Assembly: GCF_000698785.1 (NCBI RefSeq)
Contig: NZ_CP007536.1
Span: 300,001-332,000 of the forward strand
Reading direction: 5' to 3'
Length of the DNA: 32,000 nucleotides
Source: Nitrososphaera viennensis EN76
GTDB lineage: Archaea > Thermoproteota > Nitrososphaeria > Nitrososphaerales > Nitrososphaeraceae
The position numbers were made by a program, and so were the translations under genes. Below are positions 9,116-16,545 of this stretch, piece by piece (the first letter of the stretch is position 1; the number at the start of each line of letters is the position of its first letter). The notes beneath the pieces were generated by a model. That model had not been told where the DNA came from and made no database searches. It saw only the letters and a list, made by a program, of their open reading frames with translations.

Positions 9116-9295
9116 GTGTTATGCCCGTCGTGCTACTGGTGCGCGACATACTTCCTTGCCGATGACATGTTTCCGAAATGCCCTTCGTGCGGCAGCGTCG
9201 TTATTGACTCTATTCCGATTTCAGAAAGCGAATTTTACGATGTAAACGTGGCCGGGAACGGCAACGTGGAGTTGAGGTTCAGAAGGGGCGCCTGA
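9116..9295 (+). CDS. Small zinc-ribbon protein (59 aa from GTG; frame open back to 9032)
   Basis: My translation is (M)LCPSCYWCATYFLADDMFPKCPSCGSVVIDSIPISESEFYDVNVAGNGNVELRFRRGA, with two CPSC pairs. It is below the ORF-track cutoff. The start is uncertain. Confidence 0.4.
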   Translation: MLCPSCYWCATYFLADDMFPKCPSCGSVVIDSIPISESEFYDVNVAGNGNVELRFRRGA

Positions 9296-9365
9296 CGCTG
9301 CAAGTTCCACCTGTCGGAAAAGGGCTTTAACATTTTTAATTCACCAGCCCGTAGCCGTTTCTGTA

Positions 9366-9722
9366 GTGAAATACGACCAGCTGTGCGCCGAGCTTGCAGG
9401 TCTTGAAGAGAGCATAGTGGCGACCTTTGTGCTTTCAGACAAGGTCGCAGGAATGCACGTCAAGATGAACGTGCCAAAAATAAAGGAGGAAGACGCCCAG
9501 CTGCTTGCAGATCAGACTGCCACCGTGATAGGCATAACGCGCACAAACGAAAGGTTGTTTGGCAAGGTGGGCTTTTTGCTGGTGCACCACGAATTCGTGG
9601 ACGGGATATTCTTCCCCGTGGACGACGACATAACGGTGCTGATTGGCCTCGTGCAGCCATATGATCAGGCCAAGGTTGTCGAAAAGGTGTGCAAAAAGAT
9701 AGGCTCTGCCTTTCCACAGTGA
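9366..9722 (+). CDS. Hypothetical protein, divergent paralogue B of the 7972/17966 family
   Basis: 118 aa. The GTG start lies about 29 nt downstream of a TATA-like TTTTTAAT (9334-9340), which is compatible with a leaderless transcript. Its size and N-terminal Cys position match paralogues A and C. Confidence 0.55.
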   Translation: MKYDQLCAELAGLEESIVATFVLSDKVAGMHVKMNVPKIKEEDAQLLADQTATVIGITRTNERLFGKVGFLLVHHEFVDGIFFPVDDDITVLIGLVQPYDQAKVVEKVCKKIGSAFPQ

Positions 9723-9760
9723 AATTGTATTGCGCAAATCTCAAGATCTTCAAAACTGTG

Positions 9761-9991
9761 ATGATGATGTGTTGGCGCATGTCAATACACGTGCTTAAAG
9801 CTAAATTGCGGAATTGCATTCTGCCTTTTGTGAAAAGGTGTCCCAAACACGGCAGAGGCAAGTACAGCAAGCAGTTTGATACCTATTACTGCTCCGAGTG
9901 CGACAGGTGGCTTGAGAAGAAATGTCCCACTCCCAAACTATGCCTGCTCTGTGCCAACAGGCCGCGCAAACCAAGTCTGGTCCAACGATAG
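9761..9991 (+). CDS. Small Cys-rich (zinc-finger-like) protein
   Basis: MMMCWRMSIHVLKAKLRNCILPFVKRCPKHGRGKYSKQFDTYYCSECDRWLEKKCPTPKLCLLCANRP has 9 Cys including CSEC and CLLC. I chose the ATG cluster at 9761 rather than the track start at 9689, which overlaps the previous gene. Confidence 0.4.
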   Translation: MMMCWRMSIHVLKAKLRNCILPFVKRCPKHGRGKYSKQFDTYYCSECDRWLEKKCPTPKLCLLCANRPRKPSLVQR

Positions 9992-10369
9992 CCACGCGCC
10001 TGTAGGACCTCTGCACGAGCCCTTTGCATCGGAATTGTTCTCATGTCTGGCCTTGCGGGATAGGCAAATATTCGGCTATTGTAGAAGTCAAATTGCGGGG
10101 TAGGCCTCGAGCACGCCTTTATACTCCAAATCCATGCGTAGACGTGCACACCAATTGTTTAACTACGGTCTACTCCGCGTCTTGTGTCGCGCCGATCCCA
10201 GCGACTGTGCTGCTATTCTGGACAGCCTGAAAAAAGCCGCAAGCATGATGAATGCGCTCAATGGCAAAGTTAGGTCGGGCCAGCGATCACATGCAGCAGA
10301 TGTATTATTTGCTAGAACCAAGCTGGATAAAGATCCAGCAGGGTTGCCGATCTACTCTATCATTCTGTT

Positions 10370-10783
10370 CTAGCCTTGTGACTCGCCGCCGCTTTTGTGG
10401 TCCTGAAGGTTTGGTTTTTCTTCCTCACTAACTTGCGGGGCAACATCCTTTGGTTTTTCCTCCGTGGCTGGTGATGGCGATGACGATTGCGATGGCGCCT
10501 GTTGTTGTCCCTCGCTTACGATCTCTGCCGTGGCAAACCTCGCACCGACGTTGGTGATTCTTACCTTGGCCTTCTGTCCTACTTTTCCGCCCTTGACAAA
10601 GATCACAAACCCCTGAATCCTGGCAATCCCGTCTCCCTGCCTGCTGATCTCTGAGATTTGCACCTCGTATTCCTTGCCGGTCTCAACCGGTTTTGGGCCG
10701 CCGAATCCCCGGTCGCTTCCAAAACCCCTTCCTCCTCCGTAACCTCTACCTCCACCGTAATTGCTTCTTCCGCCGTATGACAT
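10370..10783 (-). CDS. TRAM-domain RNA-binding protein with an RGG/Gly-Arg-rich N-terminus and a Ser/Pro/Glu-rich tail
   Basis: The central EYEVQISEISRQGDGIARIQGFVIFVKGGKVGQKAKVRITNVGARFATAEIV is a TRAM domain. The N-terminus is MSYGGRSNYGGGRGYGGGRGFGSDRGFGG. The C-terminal 50 aa are low-complexity. Confidence 0.85.
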   Translation of the reverse strand: MSYGGRSNYGGGRGYGGGRGFGSDRGFGGPKPVETGKEYEVQISEISRQGDGIARIQGFVIFVKGGKVGQKAKVRITNVGARFATAEIVSEGQQQAPSQSSSPSPATEEKPKDVAPQVSEEEKPNLQDHKSGGESQG

Positions 10784-11194
10784 TTTACAGAATCAAGTGC
10801 GCAACAGGCAATTTAAAGTGGATCGGTATTTGGTGGAGTTGATGCATTGAACATCACTTGGAGCCAGCATATGCTTGTGCATGTGCATGCTCTATGGGGT
10901 GGCAAACGGTAGTAGTGGTATCATCAGCTGCAGCAGTAATAATATAATAATCTGTATTTCGTCTGCCACGACAAATCCATTGCCTCTTTTACCCTGTAAA
11001 AATCGCATTTTTCTATGCGTAAGGAAAACATGCCCGTTTATCATATTCAAGTAAAAATTTGTGCTGTGTTATGTAATTTTCACATCCCTAGTCTGTGTCG
11101 TTTGAATCTAACCTTGGAGCCTCTTCTCCGCCAACAGACATTGTGACTATAAGTCATTTTAGAAAGGAAAGGGTAATTATTACAGGATACGCGT

Positions 11195-11353
11195 ATGTTT
11201 GGATTTGGAATCCTTCTCATGGCTCTGGCTGACTTCATGGCCCGGCGAAAAAACAAGGAAAGGAGGCGGTGCGATATCTGCAGGCAGAAATTTGACACCT
11301 ATGAAGCTGCTGAAGAGCACAGGAGAAAAGCACACGCGGATGTGGTGGTCTAG
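11195..11353 (+). CDS. Micro-protein (52 aa): N-terminal hydrophobic helix plus a single classical C2H2 zinc finger
   Basis: My translation is MFGFGILLMALADFMARRKNKERRRCDICRQKFDTYEAAEEHRRKAHADVVV. It fits C-x2-C-x3-F-x5-A-x2-H-x4-H. It is not in the ORF track, and the track ORF at 11199-11423 is in another frame. Confidence 0.5.
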   Translation: MFGFGILLMALADFMARRKNKERRRCDICRQKFDTYEAAEEHRRKAHADVVV

Positions 11354-12007
11354 CTATACCGGCCTGCTTTTGCCGTGGCCGAGAGCTGCCATCAAGTTTA
11401 GAGATTTCTTCATATTATCATAAATATAGAATAATGTGTGAATAATACCTATAATGAGGGACGTCTATTATAGACTCCACCAGTTACTCGTGAAGTCTGG
11501 AACCTGACAGAAACTATCTGAAACGCTGCGAGGTTGTATCTATGCGTTCATTGGGTCCCGAAAGCCCGACTGGGGCAAGTAGGGCCTATTTCTTCACTTG
11601 TCTTCTTGTAGTGCGGAGGGTGGCGCCGTTAAATTCTCTTGTACATTATTGCCTCAAAAAGCGTCAGCCTTGAAAAAGCACAAGCAGTTGGTACAGAGGA
11701 GTTGGCTATAAGCAAGATTCTGGAAAACTGGTCCTGCCATTATTCTTTAGCCTTGCCATTTATGATGTCATGGCTTTTATCGTCATCCATGCCTTCTCTT
11801 CCATATGATAGCCGCATAAAACAGCTCCGTAACGACCTTAAAGCAAGTCGGAAAAGAGCTGTCATTGTAGGGCAGGTCAATGGGGTGGCGGATGGTGCCG
11901 TTGATTCCCTAACCTTGGAAAGAAGAAGTGTGAATGACTGTTGCTATTGCTACAGTAGTCCTTGTGGTCATCCAAACGGCACCATGCGCGCCTGCCATGC
12001 AATTGTG

Positions 12008-12454
12008 CTACTCGACCTGCGCAACCTTCCCAATTGAAACACTTTTTACGAGCATCTTCATGGTCAGCAAGCCTATGATGATGCCGCCGCCCTTTTTGTT
12101 TACGACAGGCAATCGGCTGATGTCATTTTCTTTTATGAGGGATAATGCTTGTTCCAAAGATGCCTCGGAGTCGACTGTGATCAATGGCGTGCTCATTATG
12201 TCTTTTAACATTACCTTGAATGGACCGCGGTTTTGCGCCACTATGCGATAGATGATGTCTCTTTCTGTAATGATGCCAACCGGAATGCGCGAGCGGGTCT
12301 CTGGATCGTTTCGGGTGACGATGATGGTGCACTCCTTTCTTTCGTACATTGTCTTTGCGGCATTTGCAACAAGGATATTTTCGTCTAGGCTGACGAAGGT
12401 CCTGTCTGCAACCTTGCCTGCCTTTAACCTGCCGACCCTTCCTGCATGTTCCAT
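12008..12454 (-). CDS. CBS-domain pair protein
   Basis: 148 aa with two CBS-like repeats (VSLDENILVANAAKTMYERKECTIIV...GIITERDI and ITVDSEASLEQALSLIKENDISRLPVV...GLLTMKML). Confidence 0.85.
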   Translation of the reverse strand: MEHAGRVGRLKAGKVADRTFVSLDENILVANAAKTMYERKECTIIVTRNDPETRSRIPVGIITERDIIYRIVAQNRGPFKVMLKDIMSTPLITVDSEASLEQALSLIKENDISRLPVVNKKGGGIIIGLLTMKMLVKSVSIGKVAQVE

Positions 12455-12618
12455 GTGCGTGTACCTGTATATTCATCACAGAATGGCATATCAAAGTAGC
12501 TGCAGCAGTATTGCCTGCCGGATGCAGAGAGTATAAAGTTCCTTAAAGCAAAAAGATCCCTGCTCTCCCTACTGCCAGAAACAGTTCGTACATACTGTAT
12601 GACAAACATAGTAGAAAG

Positions 12619-12630
12619 TCATTAATAATT
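12619..12630 (+). promoter_or_regulatory. TATA-like box upstream of the 5S rRNA
   Basis: The AT-rich TCATTAATAATT ends about 17-20 nt before the first paired nucleotide of the 5S candidate. Confidence 0.35.
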
Positions 12631-12646
12631 TGACTAGAAGTAGATT

Positions 12647-12761
12647 GGGGGCTGAAGCTTGCGACCGGGTTTCTTGGCCACCTCTAATCCAGTCATGCCA
12701 AGCTCTCAGATACAGGGCTCGTTGTCGGTCGTAGGATTTGTCCATCCTGCCTTCAGCCCCC
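12647..12761 (+). rRNA. rrf: 5S ribosomal RNA (stand-alone, about 115 nt; ends +/- a few nt)
   Basis: The termini pair over 11 bp (GGGGGCUGAAG / CUUCAGCCCCC), forming helix I. An internal UUGGC/GCCAA stem encloses a loop-C-like region. The stretch CAUGCCAAGCUCUCAGAUACAGGG resembles the conserved 5S segment CAUGCCGAACUCAGAAGUGAAAC. GGUCGUAGGA resembles the loop-E region. An AT-rich box lies upstream and a CTTTCTTC tract downstream. Confidence 0.7.
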
Positions 12762-12865
12762 GCTTTCTTCAACGAAACGCCGGGCATGCGATAACCGGAC
12801 TCTCGACAACCTTCGACTGCCGAAAAAGCATATTCTTCTTCTGCCGAAGAGAGAGAGTACGCAAA

Positions 12866-13015
12866 TTACGACGATCTATCAATCATGTCGGTCTCTTTGG
12901 AACTGCAATTAGGACAAACTTCGTGTTCGTTGTCTGTTTTGGTGACGTTACGAGCCTTGCTCCAGAAAACTATCCCACATCGTCTGCACCCTACCAATTC
13001 GCTTTGGCGAATCAT
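12866..13015 (-). CDS. Small zinc-ribbon protein (49 aa from ATG 13015; track ORF extends to 13126)
   Basis: MIRQSELVGCRRCGIVFWSKARNVTKTDNEHEVCPNCSSKETDMIDRSS has CxxC...CxxC. A TATA-like CTTTATAG lies about 40 nt upstream of 13015. A small hairpin plus T-run follows the stop on the minus strand. Confidence 0.45.
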   Translation of the reverse strand: MIRQSELVGCRRCGIVFWSKARNVTKTDNEHEVCPNCSSKETDMIDRSS

Positions 13016-13315
13016 GACACTATATGGTGTAATAGCCGACCATCTGCTATAAAGCGTGCTGGTGAAAAAGTAGGGGGCCCTACTTTGCCCATCCCTGGCT
13101 TTCGGGCCCATTATCACGTTGGCCAATCCAGGGCAGGTGGTTGGCTTGAAGATAACTCTTTCAACCTGCAGTTATATCGTGGCGAGCACCCTTGGGAGAG
13201 GGAGAGCTAAACACAGGCGGCTATCGAGAGGTATTGGAGCTGCTGACTGTATCTGGCAAGGCTGGAAAACTGCGATCTTGGTTGTTACCGGAAAAATTGG
13301 CGCGTAAGACAAGAG

Positions 13316-13391
13316 TGCTCCGGCCGGGATTTGAACCCGGGATCTCCGCCTTGAGAGGGCGAAATGCTTAACCGGACTACACCACCGGAGC
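13316..13391 (-). tRNA. tRNA-Glu (anticodon CUC), no intron, CCA not encoded
   Basis: The reverse complement is GCUCCGGUGGUGUAGUCCGGUUAAGCAUUUCGCCCUCUCAAGGCGGAGAUCCCGGGUUCAAAUCCCGGCCGGAGCA. It folds with a 7-bp acceptor stem, anticodon stem UCGCC/GGCGG with loop CU-CUC-AA, T arm CCGGG-UUCAAAU-CCCGG, and discriminator A. Confidence 0.93.
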
Positions 13392-13416
13392 TTAGCCAAA
13401 CTGCATTTCGCTCTTC

Positions 13417-13424
13417 ATAAAAAT
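13417..13424 (-). promoter_or_regulatory. TATA box for tRNA-Glu
   Basis: TTTTTAT on the minus strand lies about 26 nt upstream of the tRNA 5' end. Confidence 0.45.
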
Positions 13425-13513
13425 GTAACTTTGCCGTGCAAAGCCCGAAAAGGAAATAATCTACAGCATATACAATCAATCCGGAAGATGCGTCGCTCTT
13501 GGAGGCCGTCTAA

Positions 13514-14887
13514 TTGATAACCCTCGGTTCTATTGCTTTCTTCCAGTCGACAAAAGATGTGGTTTTTGACGCTCTCTTGATGTCTTGCAAGGAAATAGGC
13601 GCAGACATCGAGAGCGCAGACAGGACGACGTACAGGATAGACGGCAAGTCCGGCACGATGTGGCTCCAAAATCGCTTTTCATTCCGCTTTCATGCGCGAC
13701 TTGCAGATAATAATGATGGTGGTCAGGGCGTGCGGCTGGAAATCTATGATTTCTCCCCGTTCCCTCCTGACAGACGCTTTATCGAAAAACTGCTGAAAAA
13801 GCTGGTCGACAAGATTCCGGGAAGCAAGTTCGAATACAGCCTTGACTGCGTAGAGCAACTGGACGACGCCCCTGTAACCCTGACAAAAAATGCAGCCGCA
13901 CCTATTATTGTCAACAGGGGGCGGCTCATGGTGGATGCACACATGATCCCGACGTTTGAATACAACCTCAAGGGCGCAACAGGGGATAATGGGATGCATG
14001 GCGCAGACAAACTCGTCATAATGCCGCCAGAATGCGGAAACGTCCTGAACCTGTACAAGGACACATCTCTGGTTCTTGGCATTGCGATTAGCTCGATAGA
14101 AGAAATAACCCCTGTCATGGCAGAAAAGAAAGGTCTGCTTGGCAAAAAGGGCGATCTGGTGCTTGACATTATCTACAACGACGGCAGCGGCAGCGCGCAC
14201 TCTGTTCGCATGGATGTAGACGACGAAAAAGGGGGCGAAATAGTCGAAAAGGTGAACAGGTTCAAGAAAACTGAAAAGGATCAGGATGTCTTTTATGATT
14301 TTGAATACCTTGAAAACGGGCAGTGGCTGCCTGACAGGCTCTATCCTGCCACGCCGTTTCTTGCCAAGTATGAAAAGCTGGTGTGGGTCACGCAAGACAC
14401 TGCCGGCGTGTTCTCAAAACGCTACAAGTGGATCAAGGCCTTGACCAACATCCGGGCGTTTTATTACAATTTCGAGAGCCGCGCAGTCGACGCAATAACG
14501 CTCACTATAGTGCAGGATGTGATTGTGATGAACAAGAGAAAAGAGTCTGCATCGAGATCTTCCGGGACAATAACTCTGTATGAAAGGGGATCATATACGA
14601 CGGGACAGTTTCGAAGCGCTCAGGATGCCACCACTGTCACCATTGGAGACGTGGCCTTTATGTACAACGGCGCCCCGCGGATAACCTTTGTAGGGGTGGA
14701 AGATCCAGACGCCCTTGCCGCGCTTGCGCGCAAAGCCATCGACAACTCGAAGGTCGTCTTTAGATTAAGACAACCTGCCGGCCAAAGCCCTGTCATGCCG
14801 CAGAGCATCGATGTTTGTCCAAAGTGCAATGCGCAAAACATGCCTGCCTCTAACTTTTGCAGCAAGTGCGGCATGCCACTTCTTTGA
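13514..14887 (+). CDS. Large hypothetical protein (457 aa) with a C-terminal zinc ribbon
   Basis: Long ORF with coding-like composition and a TTG start (alternative ATG at 13580). The C-terminus is CPKCNAQNMPASNFCSKCGMPLL. Internal segments such as LVWVTQDTAGVFSKRYKWIKALTNIRAFYY resemble bacterial PH-like (TN-x-R) modules. That resemblance is inference only. Confidence 0.7.
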   Translation: MITLGSIAFFQSTKDVVFDALLMSCKEIGADIESADRTTYRIDGKSGTMWLQNRFSFRFHARLADNNDGGQGVRLEIYDFSPFPPDRRFIEKLLKKLVDKIPGSKFEYSLDCVEQLDDAPVTLTKNAAAPIIVNRGRLMVDAHMIPTFEYNLKGATGDNGMHGADKLVIMPPECGNVLNLYKDTSLVLGIAISSIEEITPVMAEKKGLLGKKGDLVLDIIYNDGSGSAHSVRMDVDDEKGGEIVEKVNRFKKTEKDQDVFYDFEYLENGQWLPDRLYPATPFLAKYEKLVWVTQDTAGVFSKRYKWIKALTNIRAFYYNFESRAVDAITLTIVQDVIVMNKRKESASRSSGTITLYERGSYTTGQFRSAQDATTVTIGDVAFMYNGAPRITFVGVEDPDALAALARKAIDNSKVVFRLRQPAGQSPVMPQSIDVCPKCNAQNMPASNFCSKCGMPLL

Positions 14888-14931
14888 CAATATTTTTATC
14901 GCCTCTCTGTCTATCCTTATTCTAGCAGCAG

Positions 14932-16053
14932 ATGGGCATCCCTGAAAAGATCAAGGCCATACAGGACGAGATCCACAAGACCCAGATAAACAAGGCGACC
15001 GAGTTCCACGTCGGCCTCCTGAAGGCCAAGATCGCCAAGCTAAAGCGCGAGCAGGAGCAAAACATTCACGGCCGGACCTTGCATACGGGAGGCGAGAACG
15101 CCGGCTTTGACGTCCGAAAGGCAGGAGATGCCACCGTCGTCCTTATCGGGCTGCCAAGCGTCGGCAAGTCGACCCTGCTAAACAGGCTGACAAACGCCAA
15201 GTCTCGTGTCGCTTCGTACCAGTTCACGACGCTTACTGCTATACCCGGCATGATGGACTACAGGGGAGCGAAAATTCAGGTGCTCGACCTGCCTGGCATC
15301 ATTGAAGGCGCTGCCGCCGGCAAGGGCTTTGGCCGGCGCGTCATCTCTGTCGCAAGGGGTGCGGACCTTGTGCTGCTCATCCTTGACGTCTTTCAGCCGC
15401 AGCACATCAGCCTGCTAAAAAGAGAGCTGGCAGAAGCCGGAATAAAACTGGACGAGCGCCCGCCAGACGTGGTCATTGAAAAGACCTCGACAGGTGGCTT
15501 ATCAATCAACTGTCAGGTGCCGATCAAAATGGAGGAAAGGATGGTCAAGGAGATTGCCCGGGTTTATGGCATCCACAACGGCAGGATAATAATCCGAGAG
15601 CCGGGTCTCACCGACGATCAATTGATCGACGTATTGTCGGAAAACCGCGTATACATAAAGTCGCTTGTGCTCCTCAACAAGATAGACCTCGTGAATCAGG
15701 GGTTCATCAAGGAAGTCCAGTCACAGATAGGCAACAACTTTATCCCGATCTCCGCAGACGCCAGCGTCAACATCGACGCCGTCAAGGAGGCGATATACAA
15801 CAAGCTCGACTTTATACGGATATACATGCGCCCCAAGGGCGGCGAGACTGACTACAAGGAGCCCATGATTATGCAGAACGGCTCGACCGTCCAGGACATC
15901 TGCAACAAGATTCACCGCAGCATGGCGCGTAACTTCAAGTACGGCATGGTGTGGGGCAAGTCCGCAAAATTCGCGGGCCAAAAGGTGGGACTTGACCATG
16001 TGATGTCCGACGAAGACGTGCTGACGATAGTGAAAAACCCTGGCGCCCTCTAG
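14932..16053 (+). CDS. DRG/Rbg-family (Obg-like) GTPase with a C-terminal TGS domain
   Basis: G1 GLPSVGKSTLLN, G2 YQFTTL, G3 DLPGIIEGA, G4 NKID, and an N-terminal helical KIKAIQDEIHKTQINKATE. The TGS-like tail contains STVQDICNKIH. Confidence 0.9.
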   Translation: MGIPEKIKAIQDEIHKTQINKATEFHVGLLKAKIAKLKREQEQNIHGRTLHTGGENAGFDVRKAGDATVVLIGLPSVGKSTLLNRLTNAKSRVASYQFTTLTAIPGMMDYRGAKIQVLDLPGIIEGAAAGKGFGRRVISVARGADLVLLILDVFQPQHISLLKRELAEAGIKLDERPPDVVIEKTSTGGLSINCQVPIKMEERMVKEIARVYGIHNGRIIIREPGLTDDQLIDVLSENRVYIKSLVLLNKIDLVNQGFIKEVQSQIGNNFIPISADASVNIDAVKEAIYNKLDFIRIYMRPKGGETDYKEPMIMQNGSTVQDICNKIHRSMARNFKYGMVWGKSAKFAGQKVGLDHVMSDEDVLTIVKNPGAL

Positions 16054-16466
16054 TTCGCTATTATCTTGCCCCGCATAGTCGGGTGATAGGAGCAAAAGTA
16101 CTCGTACGTGCCGGGCTTGTACGCAACTATTGCTGCGTTAAAGTGCTGCTCTGTCTTTAGCGGCGCGGTCTCGAAGTTCAGGATGCCTCCTGTCTGGTCT
16201 TTTATCTGGAGGTCGTGTATGACGATGTCCTTGTTAACGACGACCAGTTTCTTTGGCACGTTTACCTGCACGGCAATGTCCGGGTTCGTGCCGTTGAAAG
16301 TGCTTCGCTCTGCTTGGAGCAGCACGCCTTCAACATGCGACACGTCTGCCTCCGGCGTCTCTTTTGTAAGGTTGCCTATGGCCCACAGGCTTCCTACTGC
16401 GATGCACGAGATTGCCACGATGGCAATGACGTTGCCGAGCAGGGACATCGGCATTGCTTGACGCAA
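16050..16466 (-). CDS. Membrane-anchored blue copper protein (cupredoxin, amicyanin-like ligand spacing)
   Basis: An N-terminal TM helix is followed by a cupredoxin C-terminus, YEYFCSYHPTMRGKI (C-x2-H-x2-M), and an upstream His (IVIHDL). It overlaps the DRG stop by 4 nt in convergent orientation. Confidence 0.8.
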   Translation of the reverse strand: MRQAMPMSLLGNVIAIVAISCIAVGSLWAIGNLTKETPEADVSHVEGVLLQAERSTFNGTNPDIAVQVNVPKKLVVVNKDIVIHDLQIKDQTGGILNFETAPLKTEQHFNAAIVAYKPGTYEYFCSYHPTMRGKIIAN

Positions 16467-16504
16467 TTGACCTAAATTCGTTTGTTTGTTGCCAGAATGA
16501 TGAG

Positions 16505-16521
16505 AAAAACAAAAAAAGAAA
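16505..16521 (-). terminator. Oligo-T terminator tract downstream of the TRAM gene
   Basis: The minus strand reads TTTCTTTTTTTGTTTTTC about 25-40 nt after the stop at 16546. Archaeal termination typically uses T-runs. Confidence 0.45.
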
Positions 16522-16545
16522 CGATCTGCATTCGTAGAACGCAGT

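Noticed and set aside
10134-10373. A 79-aa plus-strand ORF upstream of the TRAM gene's end.
   Set aside because: The TATA-like box is only about 12 nt from its ATG, no family is recognisable, and it overlaps the TRAM stop. The evidence is insufficient to call it.
11639-12037. A 132-aa plus-strand ORF in the gene-poor region.
   Set aside because: It has a TTG start and odd composition (SSSMPSLPY, CCYCYSSPCGH), and it overlaps the 3' end of the CBS gene by 30 nt. There is no recognisable family. It is not excluded, but it is unsupported.
12569-13210. Track ORFs 12659-13210 (+, 183 aa) and 12569-12787 (-, 72 aa).
   Set aside because: They overlap the 5S rRNA candidate and the small zinc-ribbon gene. 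Their composition is not protein-like.
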